Shown one piece after another: positions 15,202 to 27,452 of a stretch of DNA of 64,000 nt. The notes beneath the pieces are model-generated. The model worked only from the letters and a program-made list of their open reading frames with translations. It searched no databases and was not told the DNA's origin. The stretch lies in NCBI GenBank assembly GCA_964247055.1, contig OZ176050.1, positions 7,316,001 through 7,380,000 on the forward strand. Direction: 5' to 3'. Origin of the DNA: Paragordius varius. Its lineage: Eukaryota > Animalia > Nematomorpha. The first letter of the stretch is position 1; each line of letters begins with the position of its first letter. The position numbers were made by a program, and so were the translations under genes.

Positions 15202-15370
15202 CAATTATATATTAAATATAAGTGTTATTAAATCTAATTTTTATGATTAAAAATAGGGATTTAATCTTATATAAAGTTTAAACCACAAACGGATATCCAT
15301 CAATATTTCCATTACAGAAAGTAAAATTTCCATCATTCACCGCTCCCGATATTATTTGGTGACAAAACAT
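1141..15370 (-). CDS. DMXL: DmX-like protein / Rabconnectin-3 alpha (WD40), 5' part of a multi-exon gene continuing past the window start
   Basis: Hand-spliced GT-AG exons keep frame: 15284-15370 MFCHQIISGAVNDGNFTFCNGNIDGYPFV, 13888-14016 AYGSGNEVIILDKAFNQIQVV..., 13081-13146, 12884-12992, 12371-12442, 12229-12310, 11839-11905 (HIEFSPDGQFFAS), 11204-11246, 10945-11023 (HPSPVLFFEWRQTSHYMPR), 10237-10340 (NCLMSTSVDGFIRVW). Further exons give PHWLNNKEFHF (~8000), LLRDWHKSVDLLYAIHP (6282-6418), HPTLPLLLSAS (~3700) and LGPLGYSGGLSQL (~3050). These follow the recalled DMXL1/2 N-terminal motifs in order. Exons below 10237 are only partly resolved. Confidence 0.93.
4645..4864. mobile_element. Second, shorter copy of the AAATTCACCC MITE family
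   Basis: CAAATTCACCCT...AAGGTGAATTTG...GGGTGAATTTG, with an interior similar to 431-726; flanked by TA repeats. Confidence 0.5.
11615..11792. mobile_element. 178-bp fold-back MITE in a DMXL intron
   Basis: Perfect 29-bp inverted repeat ATGCATTTTAATGGTTGCTTATTTCACAC / GTGTGAAATAAGCAACCATTAAAATGCAT, with pairing continuing inward (GGGCAATTTGCAACACAG / CTGTGTTGTAAATTGCCC); TA on both flanks. Confidence 0.75.
14110..14134 (+). ncRNA. Hammerhead-ribozyme-like core, probably degenerate (Penelope/retrozyme-type remnant)
   Basis: CTGATGA + 5-bp stem II GTGCT-AACA-AGCAC + GAAT (canonical core has GAAA). Stems I and III cannot be closed cleanly. Confidence 0.35.
15149..15200. repeat. (AT)n microsatellite in DMXL intron 1
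   Basis: Direct reading, one AC interruption. Other (TA)n tracts at ~95, ~331, ~4626 and ~8839. Confidence 0.95.
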
Positions 15371-15518
15371 TTAAAATTAATTAAAATAACAGTTTTTCAA
15401 ATAACATAGGATTTTAAGCAAACATATGTTTATTAACTCGAGAATATCATTAGAGTGCATAAACATGTTTAAATTTTTTATATAGATTGGAATAAAGGTG
15501 TGTTGGGAGACGTTAGGT

Positions 15519-16389
15519 TAATGTGACCAGATATTTTTAACTTCGACGCAGTACAAAATTAAAACATAGTTTGCCTGTTTTTATACCATCGGTTTGGGAT
15601 ATTAAACATCTACAAAAAACCAGATGAAATATATATATTCTGATAGAAAAATATTAGGATTATCATGGTGCTTTTGGTTTAAATTTTTAGATGTTAGCAC
15701 TGAAAGTACCATTTTTGGCTCTTTTAAAAAGGACTGTTTTCTTAAAATAAACGCTCCGACAATCTGCAATAATTAAATATACGCTAATTGATGTTAAATA
15801 TATTTAAAGTTTTTGATTAAAGTAAACTTTCAAAATTTAATATCTAGCAAAATTTGTTGAGCGTTCATACTATTTTGAACATGATGGAAACGATAGAAAC
15901 GGTTTAGATGTAATACTGTTAAATCGATAATACTAAACATTTTCTCACTCAGAATTTTGATTAAAATATTCGTGAGTTTTCAAAGTTATATCAATTGAAA
16001 ACTGTGTTTTTCTCAAAAATTCACCAAAATGCAAGCAAGCAAACCTTTAAATTAAATTTTGAATGTTCAACATCATCGAATTATTTAAATGAGGGTTTTA
16101 TTATATCTTAAAGCGTTATAATGTTTCCATCATGCTTCAAAAAATATCTTAAATTGGTTTAGGCAAAAATATGAGAAAACTAATAAAAATTAAAGTTTAG
16201 TAAAAAATTAAGAAATAAATAAAATAATTTTTTTTGAAATAAAAGGTAATTAATATATATTAAAAATTAAATTTTTTTTAATTACAAAAAGCAGTACAAA
16301 AGTAAGCGCAGTACAGGCGCAGTACAGGCGCAGTTTTTTCCTGAAAATCCAGTACTGTATTGCGAAAAACAGCCTATCTGGTCACATTA
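15519..16389. mobile_element. hAT-family MITE, 871 bp
   Basis: TIR TAATGTGACCAGA / TCTGGTCACATTA; perfect 8-bp TSD CGTTAGGT (15511-15518 and 16390-16397); subterminal GCGCAGTACAG repeats. Confidence 0.92.
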
Positions 16390-17007
16390 CGTTAGGTGTA
16401 CATAAAATAAAAAAACTGTAATCCACAAATTTAATTTTATGACTTTCTGATTTAATTCTTTATGCTTACGAAATCTGTCGGTTTAAAAAATATTTTATGA
16501 ATTATATTATTTAGATAAATAAATGAACCAGGATTTTAATGCGGCTATTATTTTGGCAATCGGCATTATGATAAATATTTATACTTATGTACTAAATTCC
16601 TATCAATATATATGCTTGGGGTATAAAAAAATAACCTGATGAATTATATAATTCTGATGGAAAATGTATCAGGATCATGGTGCTTTTGATTTTGGGGCTT
16701 AAGAGTAATACTAAAAAGTTTTTTACACTTTTATGGTAAGTGCTCCATATCAAAAAATAACCAAATTTGAGCAGATTTTTTGTAATAAATTTTTTTTGAT
16801 ATAGCTAAAAGTCCAAAAAATATCAATATAAAAAGCAAAGCAAAAATTTTAGAATATTTAATTTTAGGCGGCTCCGAAAGTTCGAAATATTCTTGCTCTT
16901 CTTAAACGAACTAGTTTTTTCAAATAAACGCAAAAACTCCGAGATCGTGCGATCAAATTTTTAATATATGCTAAAAAATATAGTGAAATTTATATAAAAC
17001 AATTTAA

Positions 17008-18053
17008 TGGTGGGGTGATAAAAAAAGTTTTGACGACGCAAGTTTTTCAAGTCATGGCTTGCTTTCATGTGATAAAAGAATTTAACATTAAACGACTTAA
17101 GAAATCAAGCAAGAAAACTTGATTTGGAGGTGATAAATAATTATATTATCAAGTAAAACTTATGGATATTGCAAATGTGATGTAAGGCTCACTTGACAAA
17201 TTTACAAATATGGATAAAAAATTTTGGAAACTAGTGATGTATCTAATTTGGGCTTTATATGTAATTACAATTATTTATGATGGCAACGATTACTTGTATA
17301 ATCGCATATTTACTCTAATAAATTCATTCAATTTTAGCTAATTATAATTGCAATAATAAATTATTTATTTGATAAATTTTGGCTAAACTTATTCAAATGG
17401 GGTGAATTTCAAAAGAGTTTAAATTTTTAAAGAAATCCTGATAATATTTAAGAACAATGCATATGAAAATATGTTAAATATATAAATTCCGGCAAAAAAA
17501 ATTGATTCTCCAAAATATCTTATCAATTTTTAAATGTTAATCTTGTAAAATTTAAATCTTCGTTTAATAATAGGTTACTTTACGATTAACTACTGTAAAA
17601 AAATTATTTCATTATAAATTTATTTCAAATGTAATGTTGATATCGATTAAAAAGAATAATATGTTTTGTATAAACATCCCATTATATTTGTAAATGGACT
17701 CCAAAAAAGGGAGTATGTTGTAAAATTATAGAGTGTCTTTTAAGGGTGAATGGTTCCATCGATTTAAAAATTATTACCGCTCTTAATTATTAGAAAGATC
17801 TATATATTTGAGTTTAAAAAACTTCAATAAACGCTTTGGATCTTTTTGTGTATTATTTTATAAATTTTGGCTGAAAAGGATTAAAAAATTTCTGTAAATT
17901 TTAAATTTATGGCAATAAATATTACATTCACAAGCAAAAGACTTAACTTAAGTGTTTTTTAATACCGATCTACAAGTGTACACTTGCTGACTTAAGCAAA
18001 CTTACTCAACTTGCCACGCTTGACTTTAAGTGAAAATTTTTATTACCCCACCC
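17008..18053. mobile_element. Putative PIF/Harbinger-type MITE
   Basis: Imperfect TIR TGGTGGGGTGATAAAAA / TTTTTATTACCCCACCC with TAA on both flanks. Confidence 0.45.
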
Positions 18054-19102
18054 TAAATTTTTGTAAAAAGTATGCCTTATATAAAAAATATTTTTTATGT
18101 TGCACTTTAGTGTAAATTTAAAATGTTTATCGCGCAATCTCGGCTGTTTGAGTAATTTTAAAAGAAACCTGTTTTATAAGAGTAAATGAGTTTGGGACTT
18201 TCAAACCCACATCTAAAAATTAAAATATGATAAAAATATTTTGCTTTTCATAAACAGTTATATATTTTGGTGATATTTTTTGGAATGAAACATTTAATTT
18301 TCGTTAAAATTTATTACAAAAAATGTGCTCGAATTTTTCCATTTTCTGATATGAAGCTATTACCACAAAAGTGTAAATAACTGTTTTATATTACTATTAA
18401 GCCCAAAACCAAAAGGACCATGAGACTCCTGATACATTTTTTCGGAATATATATACTTCATCATGATATTTTTTGTGTACACTCTGTATGTAATAAACAT
18501 TTTTTATTTTTTGTTAAAACCTTTTCGCAAATCTTCATTTTTAAAGTTTTATTTAACACTTGATGCAGAACATATTTCAGTTATTTGATTTAAATTGGTT
18601 CTATTGACGCGAGATTTTAAATACGAATTCTAATATTTCAAAAAGCTTAATAAAAACCATTGCAAGAGTTTGCACTTATATTACATTGATGAACCAAAAA
18701 TTTAAAAAAATTATGCGAAAACACACGAATTTTCGGATGAACCTGTAGGTAATAATTAGGCAACTCACATGCATGCATTAGCTAAAAAAATGAATTATGC
18801 AAAATTAATCGATTTGTTTATAATATTAGTTATGATTTTAAGTTTTATAATTTTAAACAAGACATTTTGCAAAAAATTTTGGAAAAATTTTGAAATATTA
18901 TAATATGAAGTTTTATTCAAAACTATGTTCTATTTAAAATATTTTGGCTTATTTACATAATTATTAAAAAAACAGTGATTTAAAACCGTCCTCGTCTTTT
19001 TAATAATAGTTTAAATATGGTCTAGGAGAACTTCTGCCCCAATTTGAATTGAAGTGTTAATATTATGTTACAAATTTTTATATTGTAATATATTATTTAT
19101 AA

Positions 19103-19730
<628 letters not shown>

Positions 19731-22700
19731 TGAAAGCTTGAAAAATTTTATTAACTAAAACTAATTAAATTATCCGCACTTTTTTAATCGCGTTAGTAAT
19801 TTGGCTGCATTAATTCATATTGAATTTTATAACTGATAATTACAGTCCTATTCCATTATCTGCATTTTATCTTTATTATCAAAGTACGCATGCGGATATA
19901 AAAAATACTTTCGTCTGTTTGATCGTTGCGTCGGAATGTGTAACAAATTTAACATTTTAGAAAATATAACTCTTTTTAGCAAACATGCACTCTTATTTTA
20001 ATTGTGATCTTTACTATAATTCAAAGTCTTTATAACTCTTGTATACCTCTTTTTCATGACGATAATTTTTCATTCAAGATTAACAAAAAACATGTTATAA
20101 ACTGTACGTAAAATTTGTTGTTTGTATACATAAATTACTAATAAAAATTTTAACCTTAAATAAATGAAATTCTCTATTAATTTTATTGACAAATACCATC
20201 TAGCTACCTTACAGATATTTCCCCTCAATAAACCATGATTTATCCCACGTATAAATTGAAGCTAAAATGCCTCTTGTGCCATTTAGTTCAAAAAATATTT
20301 TGATAATAACATTTATTACCATTCACATATTAGGACATAATTTATTATCCAACAATTAGAAACGATCTAGTTAAACATGACAGCTCAATCTTTTTACGTC
20401 GTCCACATTGGCATCATTCAAGCGACTTATAATATATATTAACATTTTATTTTCAAATATGTCGCCTCTCATGTAAATGTTGACGGTAAAACACTAGGTA
20501 TTATTTGAACATATATTTTTATATTTTCATTATTTGGCACATCCGGACAAAACTCCCCACCTTTCATCTTTGCGATTCTTTGAGAATGCTTCCAAATTCA
20601 AATCATTTTTGAAATTGGTGAATTCTACAACATCATTTGCATGATCAATACGAATTCTAAAATTTGGTCAGGGAAGTTAAACGTTTAAATTCATTTTTAA
20701 TATCTTTTAATTTTAGGAATCTAAATTATCTCATAGGTATTCGAATTATTAAGTTTCTTTCTTTTGTAATTTCTTTATTTTCTTCTCAAGTCGTTTTAAG
20801 TTTAGGAAAATATTAATATATCATTGATGTGGCATAGGAGCCAATATAAAACACCATTTGTCATTATTAATATGTTCGTCTGGCTTCTTCTTAAATAGTA
20901 ATATTTCCTGTTCTATACAAAAAATCTATTTAAACACTCCTCATTTCGAATTATCATAGTAGCTGTATAAAATTTTTCTTTATACTCAATAAAATGTTAT
21001 TTAAAAGATTTTTGAATAGAAAGGTTATATTCATTATGACGGTTGTAATTAACTATATTGAGAATTCAAATTTCTACTTCTTCAGCTTTTACGCCCAAAT
21101 TTTTTGATGCTGGATAAAACAATGAGAGAGTAAAAGATTTGAATTACGTTTGTTTTTTAAAAGGAATCAACAACCATGAATAGATTTTTCCTAAAAATTA
21201 TATTGGGGTGCTAATTATGATGAGGAACATTACCTTTTGTAATATTTTTTACGGTAAAATTTTAGATAGTTAATAATGTTGTCATTACGAAATCCAAATA
21301 ATTTTGTTAATTTTAATCTTCGTGCTAGTGAAAAAAGGGAAATTTTCAAAATTAGTAAATTGTTTTGGCATTGCATACTTTGTATGACTTACCAAAGTTA
21401 GTTCCAAATTTAAAGATGCCTTTGTATCGGCCTTGCAAAATACAAATGTCCAATTTTTCTATACACAATATATAAGAATGTTTATTTGTATATTTTACTT
21501 ATAATTCCAATGGCGACTTATGTGTGTTAAAACCATAATATTGAATTTTCATTCTTCACTAGTCTGACACACCCTTTTAATTGAATTCATTTAACTCAAA
21601 AAGCCATTTCATATAATAATTAGCAGATCACTTTATTTAATTTAGGAGCCCAGGTCAAATTTGCGAATAAAAACAGGCATTAAATAAATAGAGAGCCAAA
21701 TCTCCTTTACTTTATTGGCTTATGATTAGTTCTGTGCTAAATCATGTATGTACACAATTTAAATATTAAAATTTGGGTTCGGTTTATTTGATTCCACTTT
21801 CAGATCATTATAGGTCTATTTAAAAAATAAATTCATCCAAAATATGTTTGAAGAAATGGAAATTAAAAACTAAATATAAACACCGAAAGTTCCGATAAAA
21901 TTTTTGAAAGTCATACTTTTACACATAAAAAAGTAATCATATAAAATATTTGATGAGTTAATGGTTAAACTCATCCAAATCTAAATAACACTAGTCGACA
22001 AATTTGGACATTTTTAAGCACCACCACTCAAACTTTTTAAATTATGACTAATTTCAGTGTTTTAAAACCGAATTTGAAAAAAATTTTGATCCCGCCAATC
22101 AGAATTTTGAAATATTATAGGTTTTTCAATTTTTCAAAAACAAGAGAAAATCTAGAGAAAATTAAATATAACTTTATAATAAAATGTTATTATATTATAA
22201 ACTTAATATCATTTAATAAAGCGTTTTAAACTCTATCTTTTGCATATAAATATGTCATTAAAAATCAGAGAAAAACAAATAGTACGGACTCGTTCTTTCG
22301 AGTACTTATTAGACTTTTTCTCTTGAGTTGGTTCTTATAAAAAATTCCTTATTTATACCTAGTGGATATATCTTATTTTTTTAAAATTATTGGTTGTTTT
22401 GTATTTTGAATTTCAGATGGATGTTGTTTAGCCACTTTTAGTAGAATTTACTGTTATGGGGTTGGACCATTTGTATTTACCTAATTTATATTCAATTTAA
22501 TTGTATTTATCTAACTTTATTCTGTAAATTGGTTAATTTAACATGTCAATTTGCCTGGATTTTGCTTGCAAATCTCTCTTATCGGACTTTACGATTACTT
22601 ATTGTTATCTTTGCCATATCTGGCATAATTGGATCGCTTGGGGGATATGCAGAACTTGTGTAGCCGCCCGGATCTATCACACTATACATAAGCCCCTTTT

Positions 22701-22899
22701 AGATTTTTAATACTTTGGCTCTTAGCATGTTTAGTATCTTATTTAATGCCTAGAATTTGTATCCATGCATGAAAAATTACTTGTATCGACTTGCTTGTTT
22801 GAATATTTAAACATATGTACACGAGGAATGATTGTTATTTTTGAATTAAATACAAATTTATAAATTTTGGAAAAATCCTATTGGTGGCCTCAATTTTCT

Positions 22900-23610
22900 T
22901 TTTTGTTTTGGCCTATCCATGCCATTAGGTATCAGAAAATGCAAAAATAATGGGTGGTGCATAACCTTGTTGATCAGTGTAATTAATCCTCAACGTCCCC
23001 CCGTTACCATTATTACTTATGCCTCCTCTATCGACTTCTATCACTGCAAATATTTAGATTTTATAATTACATCTGACGGAATTTTGGACCCCGACATATG
23101 ATCACAGCTTGCATTATACCGCTACCATGGTCATGTTTATAATTTGAAAATCTTCTGTCATAAGAGTTTCAACCAAAATAGCCATCCTATGAGCGATGGT
23201 TTACCTCGTCGATATTTACGGATCTGAATCATGGGTATATAATTCTACTGACAAAACCATCACCAACTCCTTTCAAATGTGGTGCTTGAAAATTTTGGGT
23301 TTCTCCTGGGAAGTGGACATAATTAATTCATATACCTTCTTCAAACCAGAATGTTTGCTTTACCATCTGGTAATCTACAGACAATTATACTATCTCAGCC
23401 ATATCGAGATTCCCTGTAAAAAAACATTCTCCTTGGGTTGGTCGACGGTGCTCGCAAAAGAGGCCGTCCCAAAAAGCGGTGGGTCGATGTCCTTAAATCA
23501 GTTTCAAACCATGCTCTTACCTAAATCTTCAAAGGTATAAAGATCGACTGGATGGAAAACGCTGATTTAAAACTATTAGCCGCTTCGCGACTAGCTTCTA
23601 ACACACATAA
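22900..23610 (+). mobile_element. 5'-truncated, decayed non-LTR retrotransposon (RTE-like) RT C-terminal region
   Basis: Fragments CKYLDFIITSDGILDPDI, YGSESW, QMWCLKILGFSW, RQLYYLSHI and LLGLVDGARKRGRPKKRWVDVL, with frameshifts. Confidence 0.85.
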
Positions 23611-24703
23611 AAAAAGATAAATTTTAAATTATAGAAATTAATGATTCAAGTTCTACAAAAACAATTAATACTTAATTAAATTAAAGCTAAACAAATTCAA
23701 TATCAAAACGACGAGAAGGACAAAGCATACATCTTCAACGTTTAAAATAAAATAAGATCTGGAATTGTAAATTTTTCTTATCGATTCATTGCGCCATGTA
23801 AAAATGTTGTTCAGCAGGCTCACATTCGCCATGTGAATTAACTGAATAATACTAGGTAACGATTTAATTAAACAAAGTCGTTGTTCATTTTATCTCCATT
23901 AAACGGTAAACAATCAGAAAATGAGTCCGTTAAATAGAGAGTCTATTTTATCATTCAGTAATCATTTCGAATTGTCCACGAAGAGCATTTGCAGCACGCG
24001 TTGCCATAAGAAGAAAAAGGTTTAAAATTTATCATCTGCTGGCAGAAACATAAGTTGAACATATTCTATCGATTGACACATGTGACACATGGTCTAAAAA
24101 TATTAATAGTAATGATTGGATGATTGGGCGCTGGTAGACACACAACTGCGAAGACGCTAATCTGCAGTGTCATTAGATGATGACCCAACTCAAACTTAAC
24201 AACAAGTGGCAGAAGCATATGTATCACAAAAACAATCAATAAATGCTAGCTATGGGAAAGATCAATAAACTCGGTTAATATTTTTCGCGGCCGCACAAAG
24301 CTACTCGGAAGGCCGCCTTAGGCCCCCGATGAACTAAATGATAAATATTATAACATTAGGGTAAAATATATGTTTAAGACCCAATATGAAGTGTTAAATG
24401 ACCTTTGAGGTAAAAATGGTATATTTTTGTATTTAATATTTCCTCCGTAACTATAGATTTTTTAAGTTAGCCGCAAATATTAATGCGAACTATCGAAAAT
24501 ATTATCTTAAAAACATCTTAAATTCCAAATATATAACTTTTAAAGATTAAGTCATTAATGATTCACTGGAATATACTTGGAAAAATTGTCATCCAATAAT
24601 TGTGTTTTTATAAAAAAATATCCTAATATTACGCTGATAATGGTTAAAAGTTGTTTTTATAATTTTGTTTTGATATTTATCATCAAAAATAAAACCGTTT
24701 TTA

Positions 24704-24882
24704 TCGACTGGGATAACGTTTTTATTGATTGGAAAATGTTTTTATTGACTGGAAAAATGTTTCGATTGACTGGGAAAACGTTTCGATTGACTGGGAAAAC
24801 GTTTCGATTGAATGGGTAAAATGTTTCGATTGACTGGGAAAACGTTTCGAATTATCGGGAAAATGTTAATTTCGACTGGGAA
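24704..24882. repeat. 21-bp minisatellite GACTGGGAAAACGTTTCGATT, about 8 copies, decaying at the edges
   Basis: Direct reading; accounts for the periodic RLTGKTF peptides in two listed ORFs. Confidence 0.92.
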
Positions 24883-25570
24883 ATGGTATACCATTTCCAC
24901 TTCAAGAGTCTTGAACATTTTAAGTTGGTCTTTAAACTTTTTAAGTTTGGATTATAAATTTTTATGTAGATTTATTTTATTAATTTTTAAATTTTTTATA
25001 TATTTATTCATTTAAAACCAAAATTTTGTTTTGAACTAATTTTCTAATTTAACGATATTCAATTATTAATGTTTACGAAAATTGTGATTTGTGACCCAGA
25101 AAACTTATATTTTTCAATTACATGTCAAAATGATATTTAAATTAATATATTTTTAAAAACTTAATAAACATATACGGTTTCTAAATGATCAAAAGTTTAG
25201 TTATATCAAGAGAATCGTTAAATAATAAATTATATTAATGATACACGGTTTTATTGTTAAAAGTTAAAAACAAAATAAAAAAGTTGAAGGACCAACTTGA
25301 AATGTTTAAGGACTGACTTAAAGTGTTCCATGACACTGTTGAAGTTAAAATAGTTATACACCAGTGGTACTCACCAAAATAATTAAAGGGCCAAAAGTAA
25401 ATTTCTTGTTTCAAGACCCATAAACTATAAGATTTACATAGCTGTTTGACAAATTTGAAGATATTTATACTCCAAATAAGTATATCAAAAAATCCAGAAA
25501 ATAATTTAGGATAATGAAAAGCATTTCATGGGCGCATATGGCCCATAGCGGTTTGAATATCACTGTATAC

Positions 25571-27226
25571 CAGGGCTTCTTAAGTTTTTATAGTTCCCGA
25601 CCCCATTTATGATTGCTAGTTTCATAACGACACCAATAAATATAAAAGAAAAATAACCTTCGAAATAACACTCGGAAATTTTGTTGATAATATTTATCAG
25701 GATTATTTTGGTTTTAAGTGATTGACAAAAATAAATCAACATTTTTTATAAACTCTAACATTTTCTGATTCATAGTAAATTTATACAAGATACTAGCTGG
25801 CCCTGTCACGCTTCGCTGTGGCCTAGTCTCACCGATAATTATTTTTAATAATTTGCAATGAATAGAGTTAATGGAGATAAAAAAATTAAAAAAATACACA
25901 ATAGAAAGAATGTCTTTAATTATTCTTTTACGGGTTTTTGCATAGGCTCAAATAATGTTTATCCGTTGACCATATTTTATCTGTCCCTTATTAAAGTTAA
26001 TATTCAACTATCACTGGATTTAAAAGGTTTTCGTTTTACGAAATCATGGTTAAAAGTTCTATTTTGAAATTTTGTTCACACAGCTGGGATCAAGGGATAT
26101 AAAAAGTAAATCATTTGTGGTCCCTTTTTAAAGGAAAGAATGATATTATACAAATTCCCCAGAAATGTGTTTAACTGTACTCGTATGGCTTCTTAAGTGT
26201 TTTGAAAATTAGCTCCAAAACTACACCATTTTTATATGGCGTCTCAGTTTTAAAACGGTAGACCCCTACACATAGACCTATATGGAAAAAGCGCTCAATT
26301 AAATTTTTGCCTTTATAGGGCAAATATTTGTAATCATCTTTGATACCATCGTCTCATGGGTTATTTAAAAAAATATCTCAACACTAAATAATCGTTATAT
26401 CATGGCGTATTTTTAGGGCATGAAGGCCCCAAATTAACGGCTAATAAAAAAGCTCGACCTTAAGTAGTTACGGGTAATATTTCAAGCTTTTAATAAGCTC
26501 ATATGGCTTCATAAATTTTCTGTAAATTAGCTCCAAAACAACGCATTTTCTATATAATGGCGCAGTTTTAGCGGCTATCTGTTTACCCAGCAGCCAATAT
26601 TCAAAAAATGCAAGACTAAAATTTTGGCCACAGGGAATACTTGGAATCCTCAGTGATATTTAACGGTCTTATACCCTGGGCAAATAATTACTTAATTTTT
26701 TAAATAAATGGCTTACGGGGGGAAACGGGTAAAAAGAGAGTTTAAATTAAAAAACTAAGCCAACTATGTTCGGCGCAATCGAAAAAAACCACAGAAAAAA
26801 TATATTTGAAATCTAATGGTCCAACACGTTTTCCGGAAAATTGCAAAGACACGATTTTTGTGGACCTGTGTTTTCAAAAAAAACGTTTTTTACACGGAGT
26901 GGGCCCGAACTGGGAGCATAATTTAAAAAAGGGCGAAGCTATTGTCGGGGATTAATGATTATATTTTTTTGACATTTGAATTTGAATGGGTCTACCGGTT
27001 TTCCGGAAAGCCAGCATTTTTTATTTTTATAAATATATAGATTATAATGATCTTGATAGAAATGCTGGTATAAACAGTCTTTCCGAATTTGAAAAATACA
27101 TATGATATATTTATCTAGATGATTGTTATTTTTCTTTATAACAATAATTTTACAAGTTAAAAAATATTTTCTGTTAAATTTTATTTTTATCACTCGCGAC
27201 CGCGACCTATAGTTTAAGAAGCCTTG
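25571..27226. mobile_element. hAT-type MITE (about 407 bp without its insert) carrying a Helitron
   Basis: TIR CAGGGCTTCTTAA / TTAAGAAGCCTTG (1 mismatch); 8-bp TSD CTGTATAC / CTGTAAAC (1 mismatch). Confidence 0.8.
25793..27041 (-). mobile_element. Complete non-autonomous Helitron, 1249 bp, sister of the array unit
   Basis: On minus: A|TCTATATATTTATAAAAATAAAAAATGCTGGC at 27041 and GGCCACAGCGAAGCGTGACAGGGCCAGCTAG|T ending at 25793; no TSD. The first ~500 bp align by eye with the array A subunit. Confidence 0.88.
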
Positions 27227-27452
27227 CTGTAAACCACCATTTATTGATATTGTGGCGAAGCATTTTTTTGGAAACCTTGCAGATTAAATCATTATGTTTT
27301 ATTCTTCCGCTAAATGCAAACATTTAAGAAAACCGTTTTATGTTATAGCCATTAGTGCACCCATTTGTAAATACGCCTCTATGATAAACCTTTTTCAATA
27401 AAATATATATATATATTTATTAAATGCAACATACGGTTTTGGGGTGCACCAG

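Noticed and set aside
16636-16660. Second CTGATGA hammerhead candidate
   Set aside because: No GAAA after the stem; AT-only pairing.
20200-22700. Possible multi-exon gene or MULE/LINE remnant (e.g. RIDHANDVVEF, MYSVIDPGGY, GGGGAGTTTTGTCC)
   Set aside because: No splice path on either strand gave a continuous or recognisable protein. Needs BLASTX and RNA-seq.
24577-25015. ORFs with RLTGKTF repeats
   Set aside because: Translation artefact of the 21-bp minisatellite.
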